Shown here in pieces: positions 8,755 to 18,581 of a DNA stretch of 64,000 nucleotides. Origin of the DNA: an uncultured Gemmatimonadales bacterium (lineage in GTDB: Bacteria; Gemmatimonadota; Gemmatimonadetes; Longimicrobiales; RSA9). The stretch covers positions 224,001-288,000 of the forward strand of contig CAWCRS010000008.1 in assembly GCA_963798085.1 (NCBI GenBank), in the 5' to 3' direction. The translations under genes were made by a program, and so were the position numbers. Position 1 is the first letter of the stretch. Each line of letters opens with the position of its first letter. A model generated the notes under the pieces. That model did no database searches, was not told where the DNA came from, and worked only from the letters and a program-made list of their open reading frames with translations.

Positions 8755-11375
8755 TGCGTGCGGACTGCAGGTCCCGCCTGTATCGCGTGCTGCTGCGTCT
8801 GCTGCCGCGCGACTTCCGTGCCCGTCAGGGTGAAGCCATGGAACAGGCGTTCGTGACACTGCGGACGCAGGCGCGTGCGCGCGGCCGGCTGCGCGTCGTC
8901 GGCCTCCATGTGAGTGAAGCATGGGACCTCCTGCGCACCGGTGCGGCAATGCGCCGGCGCAACCGGCAGGCATCGATAACAACGGATTACGGCATGTCCT
9001 CGGCATCCTCGCCTCGCGCGGCGTCGCTCTTCCTCGACGAGCTGCGCATGGCACTGCGCTCGGCCACCCGCCACCGCGCCTTCTTCGCGTTTGCCGCGGT
9101 CACCTTCGCGCTGGGTGTGGGCGCGACCACGGCGGTATTCAGCGCCCTCAAGTCCGTGGTGCTGGAGCCGCTGCCCTTTCCGAAGCCGGACCGCCTGGTG
9201 CTCGTGTTTCGCACCGTGCAGAACAACGCGCTGGTCACGCCCGAGCCGGAACAGATCGATTCCCTGCGCGGACTGAGCGCTGTTTTCGAAGACATTGCCA
9301 CGTTCGGTGGCAGCAGTGTCTTCATGACCGGTGCCGGTGATCCGGTCAGGGTGAATGTCGTGCAGATGGGCGCCACGCTGGCATCGTTCCTGGGCATCCG
9401 TCCGGTGCTGGGTCGCACGTTCACGCCGGACGAGCAGGCCGGCGAGGGCGCGCACGTGGCGCTGCTTTCGTGGGAACTCTGGAAGGGTCAATTCGGCGGC
9501 ACGCCCGACGTCACCGGTCGCACCCTCGATCTGAACGGCGAGCCCTGGACGATCATCGGCGTCATGCCGCCCGGCCTGGTGCGGCCCAACGGCGCGGCTG
9601 GCCGTGTGGACCTGTGGCTGCCGCTGCCTTCTAACGCAAAGTTTGTGCTGCCCATCGCCCGCCTGCGACCGGGCGTGAGTCTGGCCGCGGCCACGCAGGC
9701 CGTGGATGCCCTCATCCGGCGCATCGACAGGGAATCGCAGCTCGGCGGCAAGGTCACCCCGGCCACCGCGCTGCGTTCCGGCGGATTGCACGATCCGCTC
9801 AGCATTCTCATGGCGGCCGTGACGCTGCTGCTGCTCATCGCCTGCGTGAACGTGAGCAACCTGCTGCTGCACCGGGCGGCGGCGCGGCAGCGCGAGAGTG
9901 CCGTGCTGGCCGCGCTGGGCGCGACCCGTTCGCGACTGCTGCGTCAGAGTCTGCTGGAGAGTCTGCTGCTGGCGCTGGCGGGTGGATCGCTGGGCGTGCT
10001 GCTCGCCCTCGCCGCCATTCGCGCCGCCGCGACGCTGCGTCCCGCGCGGCTGGAGGCGCTGCAGTCCGTGCATCTCGATGGCCTGGTGCTGGCCTTCTCA
10101 CTGCTGGTCTCGGTCGTGGCGGGTCTGCTCTTCGGCATGCTGCCCGCGCTGCGGGCGGCTCGCAGCGATGCGGCGGCCACGCTGGCGCGTGCGCCGCGCG
10201 AGGGCATTGCCGCATCGGCACGCTTCCGCTGGACGCTCGTGGGCGTCGAGGTGGCGCTCTCCTTCGCGCTGCTCGTCGGCGCATCGCTGCTGATCCGTTC
10301 GCTGGTCGAGCTCTCGTCGCGCGATCCCGGTTACCAGCCGCAAGGCCTGATCGACCTGAGCGTGACGCTGCCCACGTGGCGCTACACGCAGGAGCCGGCG
10401 CGCCGCGAGGCCTTCGCACGCCTGGCCGATGGGGTGCGCCGGATCCCCGGTGTGCAGCTGGTATCACTGTCGACCGGTGCCCCGCCCAACGCCGGCATCT
10501 ACTTCGCCAACCTGCACCTGGAAGGCAGGCCGCCAGCGACGCAATCGACCATGCTGTACGGCATGAACATCGATCCCGACTATCTCGCTGTTATCGGACA
10601 GCCGCTGCGGGCCGGTCGCGGCTTCACGCGCGACGAGATGACCGGCAAGGGCAACAGCGTGATCCTGGGCGAGACGGCGGCGAAGCAGCTGTTTCCCGAC
10701 GGCAGCGCGCTGGGCCAGCGCTTCGGCTTCGGCAGTACCGACATGTACACGGTCGTGGGCATCGTCGGCGATGCTGCGCTCAACGGACTGTCCGAGGGTC
10801 CCGCGGCCATCGCCTACTGGCCCATGACGGAGGTGTACGCAGCTACGCACGTGCTGGTGCGCAGCAACCTGGATGCGGCGAAGCTCGGCAGTGCATTGCG
10901 TGACGCCGTGCGTGCGGTCGAGCCGGCGGCGCTCATTCAAGTCAATCGCGGCACCGAGCTGCTCGGCTTCTCGCTCACGCTGCAGCGCTTCACCACGACG
11001 CTGCTCACGGCATTCGCGGCACTGGCGCTGCTGCTCTCCGCCATTGGCCTGTACAGCGTGCTCAGTCAGCTGGTCACGGGACGAACGCACGAGATCGGCG
11101 TGCGCGTGTCGCTGGGCGCCAATGCAGGGCGCATCCGGCTGATGGTGCTGCGCTCCGGCCTGGGCGCGATTGCGGGCGGGCTGCTCGCGGGCGGGCTGAT
11201 GGCCGCTGCGGGAATCCGCATTGCGGGCAGCCACATGTTCGGCCTCACGCAGCTGCGGCCCTCGGCGTGGCTCGCGGCCGGCGTCGTGCTCGGCGTGGTG
11301 GCGCTGCTGGCCATGTGGTGGCCGGCCGAGCGTGCGGCCCGCACGGACCCGATCCTCGCCATGCGCGCCGAGTAA
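8754..11375 (+). CDS. Orphan ABC transporter permease (ADOP-like)
   Basis: ALGVGATTAVFS, IACVNVSNLLL, EVALSFALLVGA, RTHEIGVRVSLGA and PAERAARTDP. The N-terminal LYRVLLRLLPRDFR prefix is typical of PadR-linked permeases. Confidence 0.92.
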   Translation: MRADCRSRLYRVLLRLLPRDFRARQGEAMEQAFVTLRTQARARGRLRVVGLHVSEAWDLLRTGAAMRRRNRQASITTDYGMSSASSPRAASLFLDELRMALRSATRHRAFFAFAAVTFALGVGATTAVFSALKSVVLEPLPFPKPDRLVLVFRTVQNNALVTPEPEQIDSLRGLSAVFEDIATFGGSSVFMTGAGDPVRVNVVQMGATLASFLGIRPVLGRTFTPDEQAGEGAHVALLSWELWKGQFGGTPDVTGRTLDLNGEPWTIIGVMPPGLVRPNGAAGRVDLWLPLPSNAKFVLPIARLRPGVSLAAATQAVDALIRRIDRESQLGGKVTPATALRSGGLHDPLSILMAAVTLLLLIACVNVSNLLLHRAAARQRESAVLAALGATRSRLLRQSLLESLLLALAGGSLGVLLALAAIRAAATLRPARLEALQSVHLDGLVLAFSLLVSVVAGLLFGMLPALRAARSDAAATLARAPREGIAASARFRWTLVGVEVALSFALLVGASLLIRSLVELSSRDPGYQPQGLIDLSVTLPTWRYTQEPARREAFARLADGVRRIPGVQLVSLSTGAPPNAGIYFANLHLEGRPPATQSTMLYGMNIDPDYLAVIGQPLRAGRGFTRDEMTGKGNSVILGETAAKQLFPDGSALGQRFGFGSTDMYTVVGIVGDAALNGLSEGPAAIAYWPMTEVYAATHVLVRSNLDAAKLGSALRDAVRAVEPAALIQVNRGTELLGFSLTLQRFTTTLLTAFAALALLLSAIGLYSVLSQLVTGRTHEIGVRVSLGANAGRIRLMVLRSGLGAIAGGLLAGGLMAAAGIRIAGSHMFGLTQLRPSAWLAAGVVLGVVALLAMWWPAERAARTDPILAMRAE

Positions 11376-12212
11376 TCAGGAACTGCGATCCCACCGACGC
11401 GCGGGAGGCCCGCAGGGCGCCTGCCAGCCTGCCGGGTCGCGCGGCCGTCCTAACTGTCTGTCAGGAGGCGCGCGAACCGTGCGTGGTGCCTGCGCGGTCG
11501 CCCGTCCCTGCGGCCGCTCACCGCGTTGCGGGAACGCAGGCCGGCGCTGGCCGCGCAGCCAGCGCGCGGGTCGCTTGATCAGCTCGGTGCCGAGCGAGCG
11601 GAAGTGGATCAGCGGCGAAGGCGTGCGTACGGACACCGGCCTCGCCTCGCACAGCACGGCGCGCAGCTCTGCCGCGTTCGCGAAGGGTGGCAGCAGGGTG
11701 AAGGCACCACCGATTTCGCGGCCGAAGTGTGCATCCGTGCTGGCGGCGGTCGCCAGTTCCGCGGCTTCCGCCGCATCCCGTGCCAGCCGGTTCCACGCGC
11801 GGACGAAAGCGCGCGCGTTGTGCACCTCCACGATGTCGGCGACTGCCAGCACGTGTGCCGCCCGCTGCATGGCGTGGCGCAGATAGGCGTAAGGGTGCGG
11901 TGCGTAGACCACGCCCCCCTGCTCGCGTATGCGCGCCGCCACTTCCGCGACGGGCAGACCCGCAGGAATCGGCTCGTGCAGGAACAGGCCAATGAGGTCG
12001 GAGCCGTCCGCACAATCGATCTCCTCACCCGGAATGATGAGGTCCGGATCGAGCGCGGCTGCTTCCCACGCGCCCTCCATGCGGTTGTGATCGGTGATCG
12101 CGACGCGGTCGAGGCCGGCAGCACGGGCGCGCCGGACGAGCGTGGCGGGGGAGAGCGTGGAATCCTGTGAGTACCGTGTATGTACGTGAAAGTCGACTCG
12201 AATTCGCTGCAT
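11376..12212 (-). CDS. PHP-domain metal-dependent phosphoesterase
   Basis: DFHVHTRYSQDS, AITDHN, IPGEEI, APHPY, EVHNAR and STDAH metal-binding motifs. Confidence 0.9.
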   Translation of the reverse strand: MQRIRVDFHVHTRYSQDSTLSPATLVRRARAAGLDRVAITDHNRMEGAWEAAALDPDLIIPGEEIDCADGSDLIGLFLHEPIPAGLPVAEVAARIREQGGVVYAPHPYAYLRHAMQRAAHVLAVADIVEVHNARAFVRAWNRLARDAAEAAELATAASTDAHFGREIGGAFTLLPPFANAAELRAVLCEARPVSVRTPSPLIHFRSLGTELIKRPARWLRGQRRPAFPQRGERPQGRATAQAPRTVRAPPDRQLGRPRDPAGWQAPCGPPARRWDRSS

Positions 12213-12577
12213 GATCCTGATTCGTTCGGGCCGGCCTGCGGCAGCCGGCTTCTCCGTGCTGCTCCTCGTAGTGAGCGTGGGCGATCGAATTCTGCCTGCA
12301 GTATCGGCTCCATACCGCCCACCGTTCAGTCCGGCGCGCTCCTGCGCGCGGGTCGCGAGCGCCGCAGCGATTGCGCTCTCACATATGCACAACCAGCATG
12401 CAGGTTCCGCGCACGGTCACCGCCCGGGCTCCCGGCCACGGCGGCGAAACCGGCGGCGCGGAAGGAGCGTAACGGCATCATTGCACGCCAGAGTAATCAG
12501 GCGACGACGGGTGTGTCATCACCCCGTCGCTGCCGAACACGCACCTGCAGCCCCAATGCAAGGCGAGGAGGTCCTCC

Positions 12578-15013
12578 GTGAGTGGCCAGGGCAATCGCTG
12601 GCGCCTGCTCGACGATTTCGTGCAGGATCTGCGCATCGCGCTGCGCGGACTCGCGCGCCATCGCGGGTTCACAATCGTCGCGGTGATCACTGTGGCCGTA
12701 GGCATGACGGCCACAGCTTCCATTGCCAGCATGGCAAATGCGGTGTTATGGCAGCTGCTGGCCGTGCCCGAGCCGGAACGCCTCGTCTCCATCTGGGAGC
12801 AGCGGCGAGGCATGACCAGCACCGGGCTCGAGGGCATGCTGCTGCCCGCGCCGCGGGTTCGCGAGTACCGCGAAGCCACCCGCGACATCTTCAGCGGGCT
12901 GGCCGCACACGAGTACACGAACCTGGCGCTGCGTTCCGGCGACCGCTCCCAATCGCTCTCCGGCGTCTTCACCTCGGGCAACTACTTCACGGTGCTCGGC
13001 CTCAGCCCGCTTGCCGGACGCTTCTATGCGGACGATCGCGAGCCGGGCGTGGTTCTGAGCGCCGCACTCTGGCGGGGGCGCTTCAACAGTGATCCGGGCG
13101 TGATCGGCCAGTCGATCCGTCTGAACAGTCGGTCGCTCACCGTGCTGGGTGTGGCGCCGCCCGGCTTCACTGGCGTTGCGTGGGGCTTCCCTGTCGACAT
13201 CTGGGTACCGGCTGTCGCCTACGCCGAAGCCGCGGGGCAGAGCGGCGATGGCTTCATGCTCGTGCCCTTCGGCCGGCTGCGCCCGGGCATCGACCGGCGC
13301 CAGGCCGAAGCGCAGGTCGCCGCGATTGCACGCCGCATTCCGCCCGCGGAGCCGCAGACGACCGTGCAGGGCGCGCGTCTCGATCCCGTGCGCTGGCGAG
13401 GCGATGCGCTGCCGGCTCTTGTGGGATTCCTTGCCATGCTGATGATCACGGCGTTGCTCGTGCTCGCCATTGCCAGCGCCAACATCGCGGGCATGCTCAC
13501 GGCACGAGCAGTGGCGCGGCGGCGCGAGCTGGCCGTGCGTCTCGCCATCGGCGCGGGACGCGGCCGGCTGCTGCGCGAGGCGCTGACCGACAGCCTGCTG
13601 CTGTTTCTGCTGGGCGGCGCCGGCGGCGTGCTGCTCGCATTCTGGGGCACGCGCACACTGTCGCGCATGTCCATTCCCATTCCCATTCCCGTGGCATTCG
13701 ACCTCACACCCGACTGGCGCGTGTTGAGCTTCAGTCTCGCCGTCGCTGCGCTGACGGGTCTGCTGTTCGGGCTGGGCCCCGCGTTGCGTGCGACCGGCAT
13801 CGATGTGATGCGGGCGCTCAAGGAGGGCCTGGGCGTGACCGGCGGCCGGAGCGGCCGGCGCCGCGGCCTCTTCGTGGCCGGCCAGCTCGCGATCTCCGTG
13901 CTGCTGCTGGTTACCGCCGCGCTGCTGGCGCGCTCGCTGCAACGCGGCCTGCACGCGAACCCCGGCTTCGATCCGCACGATGTAACCGTGGCCACCACCA
14001 ATCTCGCGCCGCACCACTATGACGAGCCGCGCAGCCGCGCATTCCACGAGGCGCTGGCCGCGCGCGTGCGGCAGTTGCCGGGCGTGGAAGCGGCGGCGCT
14101 CGCGAACATCGTGCTGCTTTCGGGCGAGAGCACGAGCAACGACGTCGAGGACGGCGATCCCGCCGTGGCATCGCCCCGGCGCACTAACATGCGGTTCAAT
14201 GTGGTCGACACCGCGTACTTCCGCACCATGCGGATGGAGCTGGTCGCGGGGCGCGGCTTCACCCCCGCCGACCGGGCGGGCGCCGGCGACGTGACTGTCG
14301 TGAACGAAACTCTGGCGCGCCGGCTGTGGCCCGGCCTGAGCCCGCTGGGCCGGCAGCTGCGCATGGGGAAACGCATCTTCGACGTGATCGGCGTGGTCCG
14401 TGACGGCAAGTACCAGTTCGTGACCGAGAGGCCGCAGGCGTTCGCGTTCCTGCTCTACGCGCAGAACTTCGAGTCACGCATGGCGCTGCATGTGCGCTCC
14501 CGCCTGCCCTCGGCCACGGTGTTCGCCGAGATCGAACGCGCGGTCCAGGCGCTGGATCCGAATGTGGCACTGGAGAACCAGCAGGCGCTGACGCAGACCG
14601 TGGAACTGTCGCTGTTCCCGCAGCGCATTGCCGCCGACCTCATTGGCCTGTTCGGCCTGGCCGGCCTGCTGCTGGCCGCCATCGGCGTATATGGTGTGTT
14701 AGCCATGCACGTGGCCCAGCGGCGTCGCGAATTCGGCATCCGCATGGCCCTGGGCGCGAGCAGTTCCGCACTGCTGCGCGCGGTCCTGGCACAGGGCGCA
14801 CTGCTGGCACTGGCCGGCGCGGGCATCGGCCTGGCTGCCGCATTCGGACTCACGCGCTTCCTGCGTACACTGCTCTACGGCGTGAGCCCGTTCGATCCAC
14901 CGTCGTTCGCGGCAGTGCCCGTGCTGCTGCTGGCGGTGGCGCTGCTGGCGAGCCTGATCCCCGCCCGCCGCGCCACACGCGCCGACCCGCTCGAGGCCAT
15001 GCGCCAGGAATGA
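12578..15013 (+). CDS. Orphan ABC transporter permease (ADOP-like)
   Basis: QDLRIALRGL, IASANIAGML, RRRELAVRLAIGA, RRREFGIRMALGA and PARRATRADP. Confidence 0.92.
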   Translation: MSGQGNRWRLLDDFVQDLRIALRGLARHRGFTIVAVITVAVGMTATASIASMANAVLWQLLAVPEPERLVSIWEQRRGMTSTGLEGMLLPAPRVREYREATRDIFSGLAAHEYTNLALRSGDRSQSLSGVFTSGNYFTVLGLSPLAGRFYADDREPGVVLSAALWRGRFNSDPGVIGQSIRLNSRSLTVLGVAPPGFTGVAWGFPVDIWVPAVAYAEAAGQSGDGFMLVPFGRLRPGIDRRQAEAQVAAIARRIPPAEPQTTVQGARLDPVRWRGDALPALVGFLAMLMITALLVLAIASANIAGMLTARAVARRRELAVRLAIGAGRGRLLREALTDSLLLFLLGGAGGVLLAFWGTRTLSRMSIPIPIPVAFDLTPDWRVLSFSLAVAALTGLLFGLGPALRATGIDVMRALKEGLGVTGGRSGRRRGLFVAGQLAISVLLLVTAALLARSLQRGLHANPGFDPHDVTVATTNLAPHHYDEPRSRAFHEALAARVRQLPGVEAAALANIVLLSGESTSNDVEDGDPAVASPRRTNMRFNVVDTAYFRTMRMELVAGRGFTPADRAGAGDVTVVNETLARRLWPGLSPLGRQLRMGKRIFDVIGVVRDGKYQFVTERPQAFAFLLYAQNFESRMALHVRSRLPSATVFAEIERAVQALDPNVALENQQALTQTVELSLFPQRIAADLIGLFGLAGLLLAAIGVYGVLAMHVAQRRREFGIRMALGASSSALLRAVLAQGALLALAGAGIGLAAAFGLTRFLRTLLYGVSPFDPPSFAAVPVLLLAVALLASLIPARRATRADPLEAMRQE

Positions 15014-15343
15014 TGGCATCGCCGTGACGCGCCGACCGTGTGTGTGTTACCACGACCGGCCCGCCGGCGCACCCATCTTGCGCCCTCTGCGGCGACCGCT
15101 TAGGTATCGGCGGGAATTGGCTGCTGCGGCCCCTCGGTCCCGTGACTGCGCGGGTCCCTCGTATCACCTGCCGTGGCGACCGGAAGCAATCCGGGCGCAC
15201 CCCCACGCCTCCAGCCCAATGCCGGGCACGCTGTCCGCATCGAGGCGCTTCGCCCGCTTACTTGAACAACACGAGCGTACCGATGACGTGACCGGTTCGT
15301 GCCGGCGCGTGGTCGTCATGCTGGCTCACCACCGCGGAGCTCC

Positions 15344-16435
15344 GTGGACCCGATCGCATCCGAGGCCGTTGCCACCCTCACCACCGCCGTGACGTCGCTG
15401 CTGCCGCCTCCGGTGGATCCGTCCGTTCCACACGCCGTACTGGTCACGCCACTGCGCATTGCCACCACTGGGCTGGGCGGTTTCGTGGGTCTGAACCCGG
15501 ACCCCCAGGGTGAGATTTTCGGGCGGCGCATCCGGGCGAGAGTGGACGTGAACGTGGGCGCGTTGACCGCGACCGGACTCGATTCCGCGCTCGCTCACGT
15601 GACCAGCGCGGTGATGACGACGGGTCGCGAAGAGTTGTCGCAGCTCGGAATCCTGAAGCTCGGCGTGCTCGAGCTGGGTCCCCAGCCCGATGCCAGCGCC
15701 GCACCGCCTGCCGCCGCGCGCCGCGCCGTGTCGTTCAATGTGCTGTACGAATTCCTGAAGCTGCCCGTGCAGGCCGGCGGCGTCATCCAGACGATCCCGC
15801 TCGACATCGACAGCACCCTGGCGGTGAACGATCCGCGCGTGCTGCTGCGCGGGCCGTTCCTGCCTCCCTCGTTGGATCTCTTCGAAGTCTTCGACGACAA
15901 CGCGGCCACCACGGCGTCGCCTTCGGCATGGTCTTTCGACACGGCCGACGCGGCCATCATCCAGACGGCAGACATCACGGGTGGCGCAAACGCGCCGACG
16001 CCCGACAAGCCCGGAACGTACTGCGTGCTGCGCACCACGCCGGTGCGTCCACCGCTGCGCGACTTCACCATGGCGGCGGAGGTGCTCACTACCTCGCCGG
16101 GCGGCATCGGCATGGTCTTCCGCTTCGTCGATGTGAACAACTTCTATTTCGCGCTGCTCGACAGCCGTAACGGCTTCCGCATGCTGGGCAAGAAGGTGGC
16201 GGGCGTGTTCGGGGCGCTGCAATCCGGAGGTCTGGATGCGGCGGCGGGTTTCAGCGCGGGCACGCTCGTGCGCGTGCGTCTGGTGGCCCAGGGCGATGAG
16301 TTCCGCCTGCTGATCGACGGTCGCGGCGTGCTCGACGGCCGGGATGATGAGCTGGCGGCGGGCGGGCGCGTGGGTTTCCTGACACGTCATTGCACGGGCG
16401 CGCGCTTCTTCGACCTGATGCTCGTCCGGCTGTAA
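15344..16435 (+). CDS. Putative tail terminator/cap-like protein fused to a C-terminal ConA-like (DUF1080/lectin-type) beta-sandwich
   Basis: First gene, just before the sheath; GTG start after GGAG. C-terminal pattern GGIGMVFRFVDVNNFYFALL..VRVRLVAQGDEFRLLIDG..DDELAAGGRVGF..ARFFDL. The terminator role is inferred from position and alpha/beta pattern only. Confidence 0.5.
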   Translation: MDPIASEAVATLTTAVTSLLPPPVDPSVPHAVLVTPLRIATTGLGGFVGLNPDPQGEIFGRRIRARVDVNVGALTATGLDSALAHVTSAVMTTGREELSQLGILKLGVLELGPQPDASAAPPAAARRAVSFNVLYEFLKLPVQAGGVIQTIPLDIDSTLAVNDPRVLLRGPFLPPSLDLFEVFDDNAATTASPSAWSFDTADAAIIQTADITGGANAPTPDKPGTYCVLRTTPVRPPLRDFTMAAEVLTTSPGGIGMVFRFVDVNNFYFALLDSRNGFRMLGKKVAGVFGALQSGGLDAAAGFSAGTLVRVRLVAQGDEFRLLIDGRGVLDGRDDELAAGGRVGFLTRHCTGARFFDLMLVRL

Positions 16436-16522
16436 CGAATCGGCGCCCGTCCGCGGGCGAACCCGTCCGCGTCCGGCTGGCTCCCGGACGCGCGGCGATC
16501 ACTCCAGCGTGGGAGGCTGCAC

Positions 16523-17599
16523 ATGGCTGAGACTTTCACTCTTTCCGAGCTGGTCGTACCGGGGACGTACATCCGGGTGTCCGCGGAAGGGCTCATTGGC
16601 GTCGGCGGCATCTCGACCGGGAACATCGGCATTGTGGGAACCGCGGGTACTGTGGACGCCGAGACGCACATCCTCGGCGACTACCGCACGACCGGCGAGA
16701 CATTCGGCGCGTACGACGGCGCCAGCAACGGCAGCGGTACGCTGAATCTCACGCGGGCGCTCGAGATCGCCTACCGCAACGGCGGGCGCACCGTGTTTGC
16801 GCGCGCACTGGCGGCGGGCGCCAATGCGGCCGCGTTCTCCACCGCGTTCGACGAGATCATCAAGGAGGATGTCAACATCCTGATCGCGCCCGAGCTGTCC
16901 ACCAGCGATGCGCTCAGCGTGCTGGGCAGCGCCGTGGAGACGGCGGAGAATGCGGGTCGCGACATGATCGCCGTGGTGGGCTCCAATGCCAGCACCGTGG
17001 CCACCATCAACGGCCAGGTGCCCACCAACGATCGCATTGTCTTCACCGGTCCGGGCATCGTCGCGTTCAATGCGGCGCTGGGCGCCTCGGTCGCGCTCAA
17101 CGGCACCTACAGCGCCGCCGCCGTGGCCGGTCTGCTGAGCACGCTGTCGCCGCAGCAGAGCCCCACTAACAAGGTACTATCGGGTGTGGTGCAGCTGGCG
17201 CGGCGTTTCTCCTATGCGGAGAAGATCCAGCTGCTCAACGGTCGCGTGGCCGTGCTGGAGCAGCGCCAGGGCGTGCGCGTGGTGCGCGGCCTCACCACCA
17301 ATGACGGCGGCTTCCGCCAGATCACTACCCGCCGCATCACGGACTTTGCCAAGGCGGGCATCCGCAAGGCATCCGATCCGTTCATCGGCAAGCTGAACAA
17401 CCAGCGTGTGCGCAAGGCGCTCTACGGCGCCATCGACGGCTTCCTCACCACCATGCTGCTGGACGAGCAGCTCACCGGCTACACGCTCGAGGTCACGGCC
17501 TCGCGCCAGGACGAGATCAATGGCCGCGCGCTGGTGAACGCGGTGCTGCGTCCGACGTTCAGCATCGACTTCGTGGCGGTCACTCTGGTCCTCGAATAG
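16523..17599 (+). CDS. Contractile tail sheath protein (short, 358 aa)
   Basis: N-terminal PGTYI, AAAVAGL..SPTNK, VRVVRGLTT, RRITDF..FIGKLNN and C-terminal LRPTFSIDFVAVTL. GGAGG RBS. Confidence 0.93.
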   Translation: MAETFTLSELVVPGTYIRVSAEGLIGVGGISTGNIGIVGTAGTVDAETHILGDYRTTGETFGAYDGASNGSGTLNLTRALEIAYRNGGRTVFARALAAGANAAAFSTAFDEIIKEDVNILIAPELSTSDALSVLGSAVETAENAGRDMIAVVGSNASTVATINGQVPTNDRIVFTGPGIVAFNAALGASVALNGTYSAAAVAGLLSTLSPQQSPTNKVLSGVVQLARRFSYAEKIQLLNGRVAVLEQRQGVRVVRGLTTNDGGFRQITTRRITDFAKAGIRKASDPFIGKLNNQRVRKALYGAIDGFLTTMLLDEQLTGYTLEVTASRQDEINGRALVNAVLRPTFSIDFVAVTLVLE

Positions 17600-17613
17600 G
17601 GAGAAACACAGCG

Positions 17614-18108
17614 ATGGCGAATACGCGGGTGTACACGGGGGCAGATGGCTCGATCACACTCTCGGCGGGGCAGGGTGCCGAAGGCGACGCCGCTAACGCG
17701 GTGATCACGGCGTTCGACACCATCTCGGTGGGTCGCGTGCAGAACGTGCGCGTCGAGGTGCAGTCCGCCGTGAAGGCGTACCACGAGATCGGCCAGCGCT
17801 ACGCGACCGAGCTGCGCCCCGGCAACGTCACGGTGCGCGGCACGATCGGCCGCGCCATGATCAACGGCGCCATGCTGCGTCTGCTGCTGGGCGAGGCGGC
17901 CAATGGCCGGCCCAAGGCGAGCTGGGCGCAGCCTTCCTTCAACATCACGCTGCTCGCGGAAAACGCGGCGCAGCCGGGCGTGCGCAACACGCTCACGCTG
18001 CACGATGTGAAGCTGGAGTCGTGGGTCTACGCCATGCCCGAAGATGAATTCCTGGCGGAAGCGCTCACCTTCCAGGCGCTCTACGTCACCGTGGCGGATG
18101 AAGGCTGA
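17614..18108 (+). CDS. Tail tube protein
   Basis: 164 aa directly after the sheath. VGRVQNVRVEV..YHEIG..GNVTVRGTIGR..FNITL..TLTLHDVKL..EALTFQA matches the beta-rich tube pattern. Confidence 0.85.
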   Translation: MANTRVYTGADGSITLSAGQGAEGDAANAVITAFDTISVGRVQNVRVEVQSAVKAYHEIGQRYATELRPGNVTVRGTIGRAMINGAMLRLLLGEAANGRPKASWAQPSFNITLLAENAAQPGVRNTLTLHDVKLESWVYAMPEDEFLAEALTFQALYVTVADEG

Positions 18109-18581
18109 TGCTGAGCGCCGAGGAATTGCTCGCGGGCAGCGGGCTGGCGTACGAGGTGCGCCTGCCGCCGGAGGTATTGCGGCCGGGCGCGGGTGATGCG
18201 GCGAACGCGGGCGCGCAGACGGTGAAGCTGCGCCCGCTCACCGTGGCCGATCTCCAGCTGGTCACGCGCGCCGCCAGGGAGAGCGACACGCTGGTCGCCA
18301 CGCTCATGGTCCAGCGCGCGCTGATCGAACCCGCCATGACGGTCGTGCAGGTGGCGGGCATGCACGTGGGACTGCTGGAATTCCTGCTCGGCGAAGTCAT
18401 GCGCATCAGCGGCATGAGCGTGACCGAGCCCGAATTGCAGTCCGCGGTGGAGGCGCCGCTGGCGAAGGCGGCGCACGTGCTGGCGAAGGAGTTCGGCTGG
18501 ACACCGCCACAGGTCAGTGAGCTGACGCTGGGCCAGATCATGGTGCACCTGCAGATGCTGCAGCAGGAGGCATCACCTTGA
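18108..18581 (+). CDS. Tail assembly chaperone (G-like domain VKLRPLT fused in frame to a T-like FGWTP..ELT domain)
   Basis: Follows the tube with TGATG coupling. VKLRPLTVADL..ALIEP..VMRISGM, then LAKEFGWTPPQVSELTLGQ. Confidence 0.75.
   Translation: MLSAEELLAGSGLAYEVRLPPEVLRPGAGDAANAGAQTVKLRPLTVADLQLVTRAARESDTLVATLMVQRALIEPAMTVVQVAGMHVGLLEFLLGEVMRISGMSVTEPELQSAVEAPLAKAAHVLAKEFGWTPPQVSELTLGQIMVHLQMLQQEASP

Noticed and set aside
16468..16492. Hairpin before the sheath gene as a terminator or riboswitch
   Set aside because: Only a 9-bp GC stem with no U-tract or aptamer features, which is unremarkable at this GC content.
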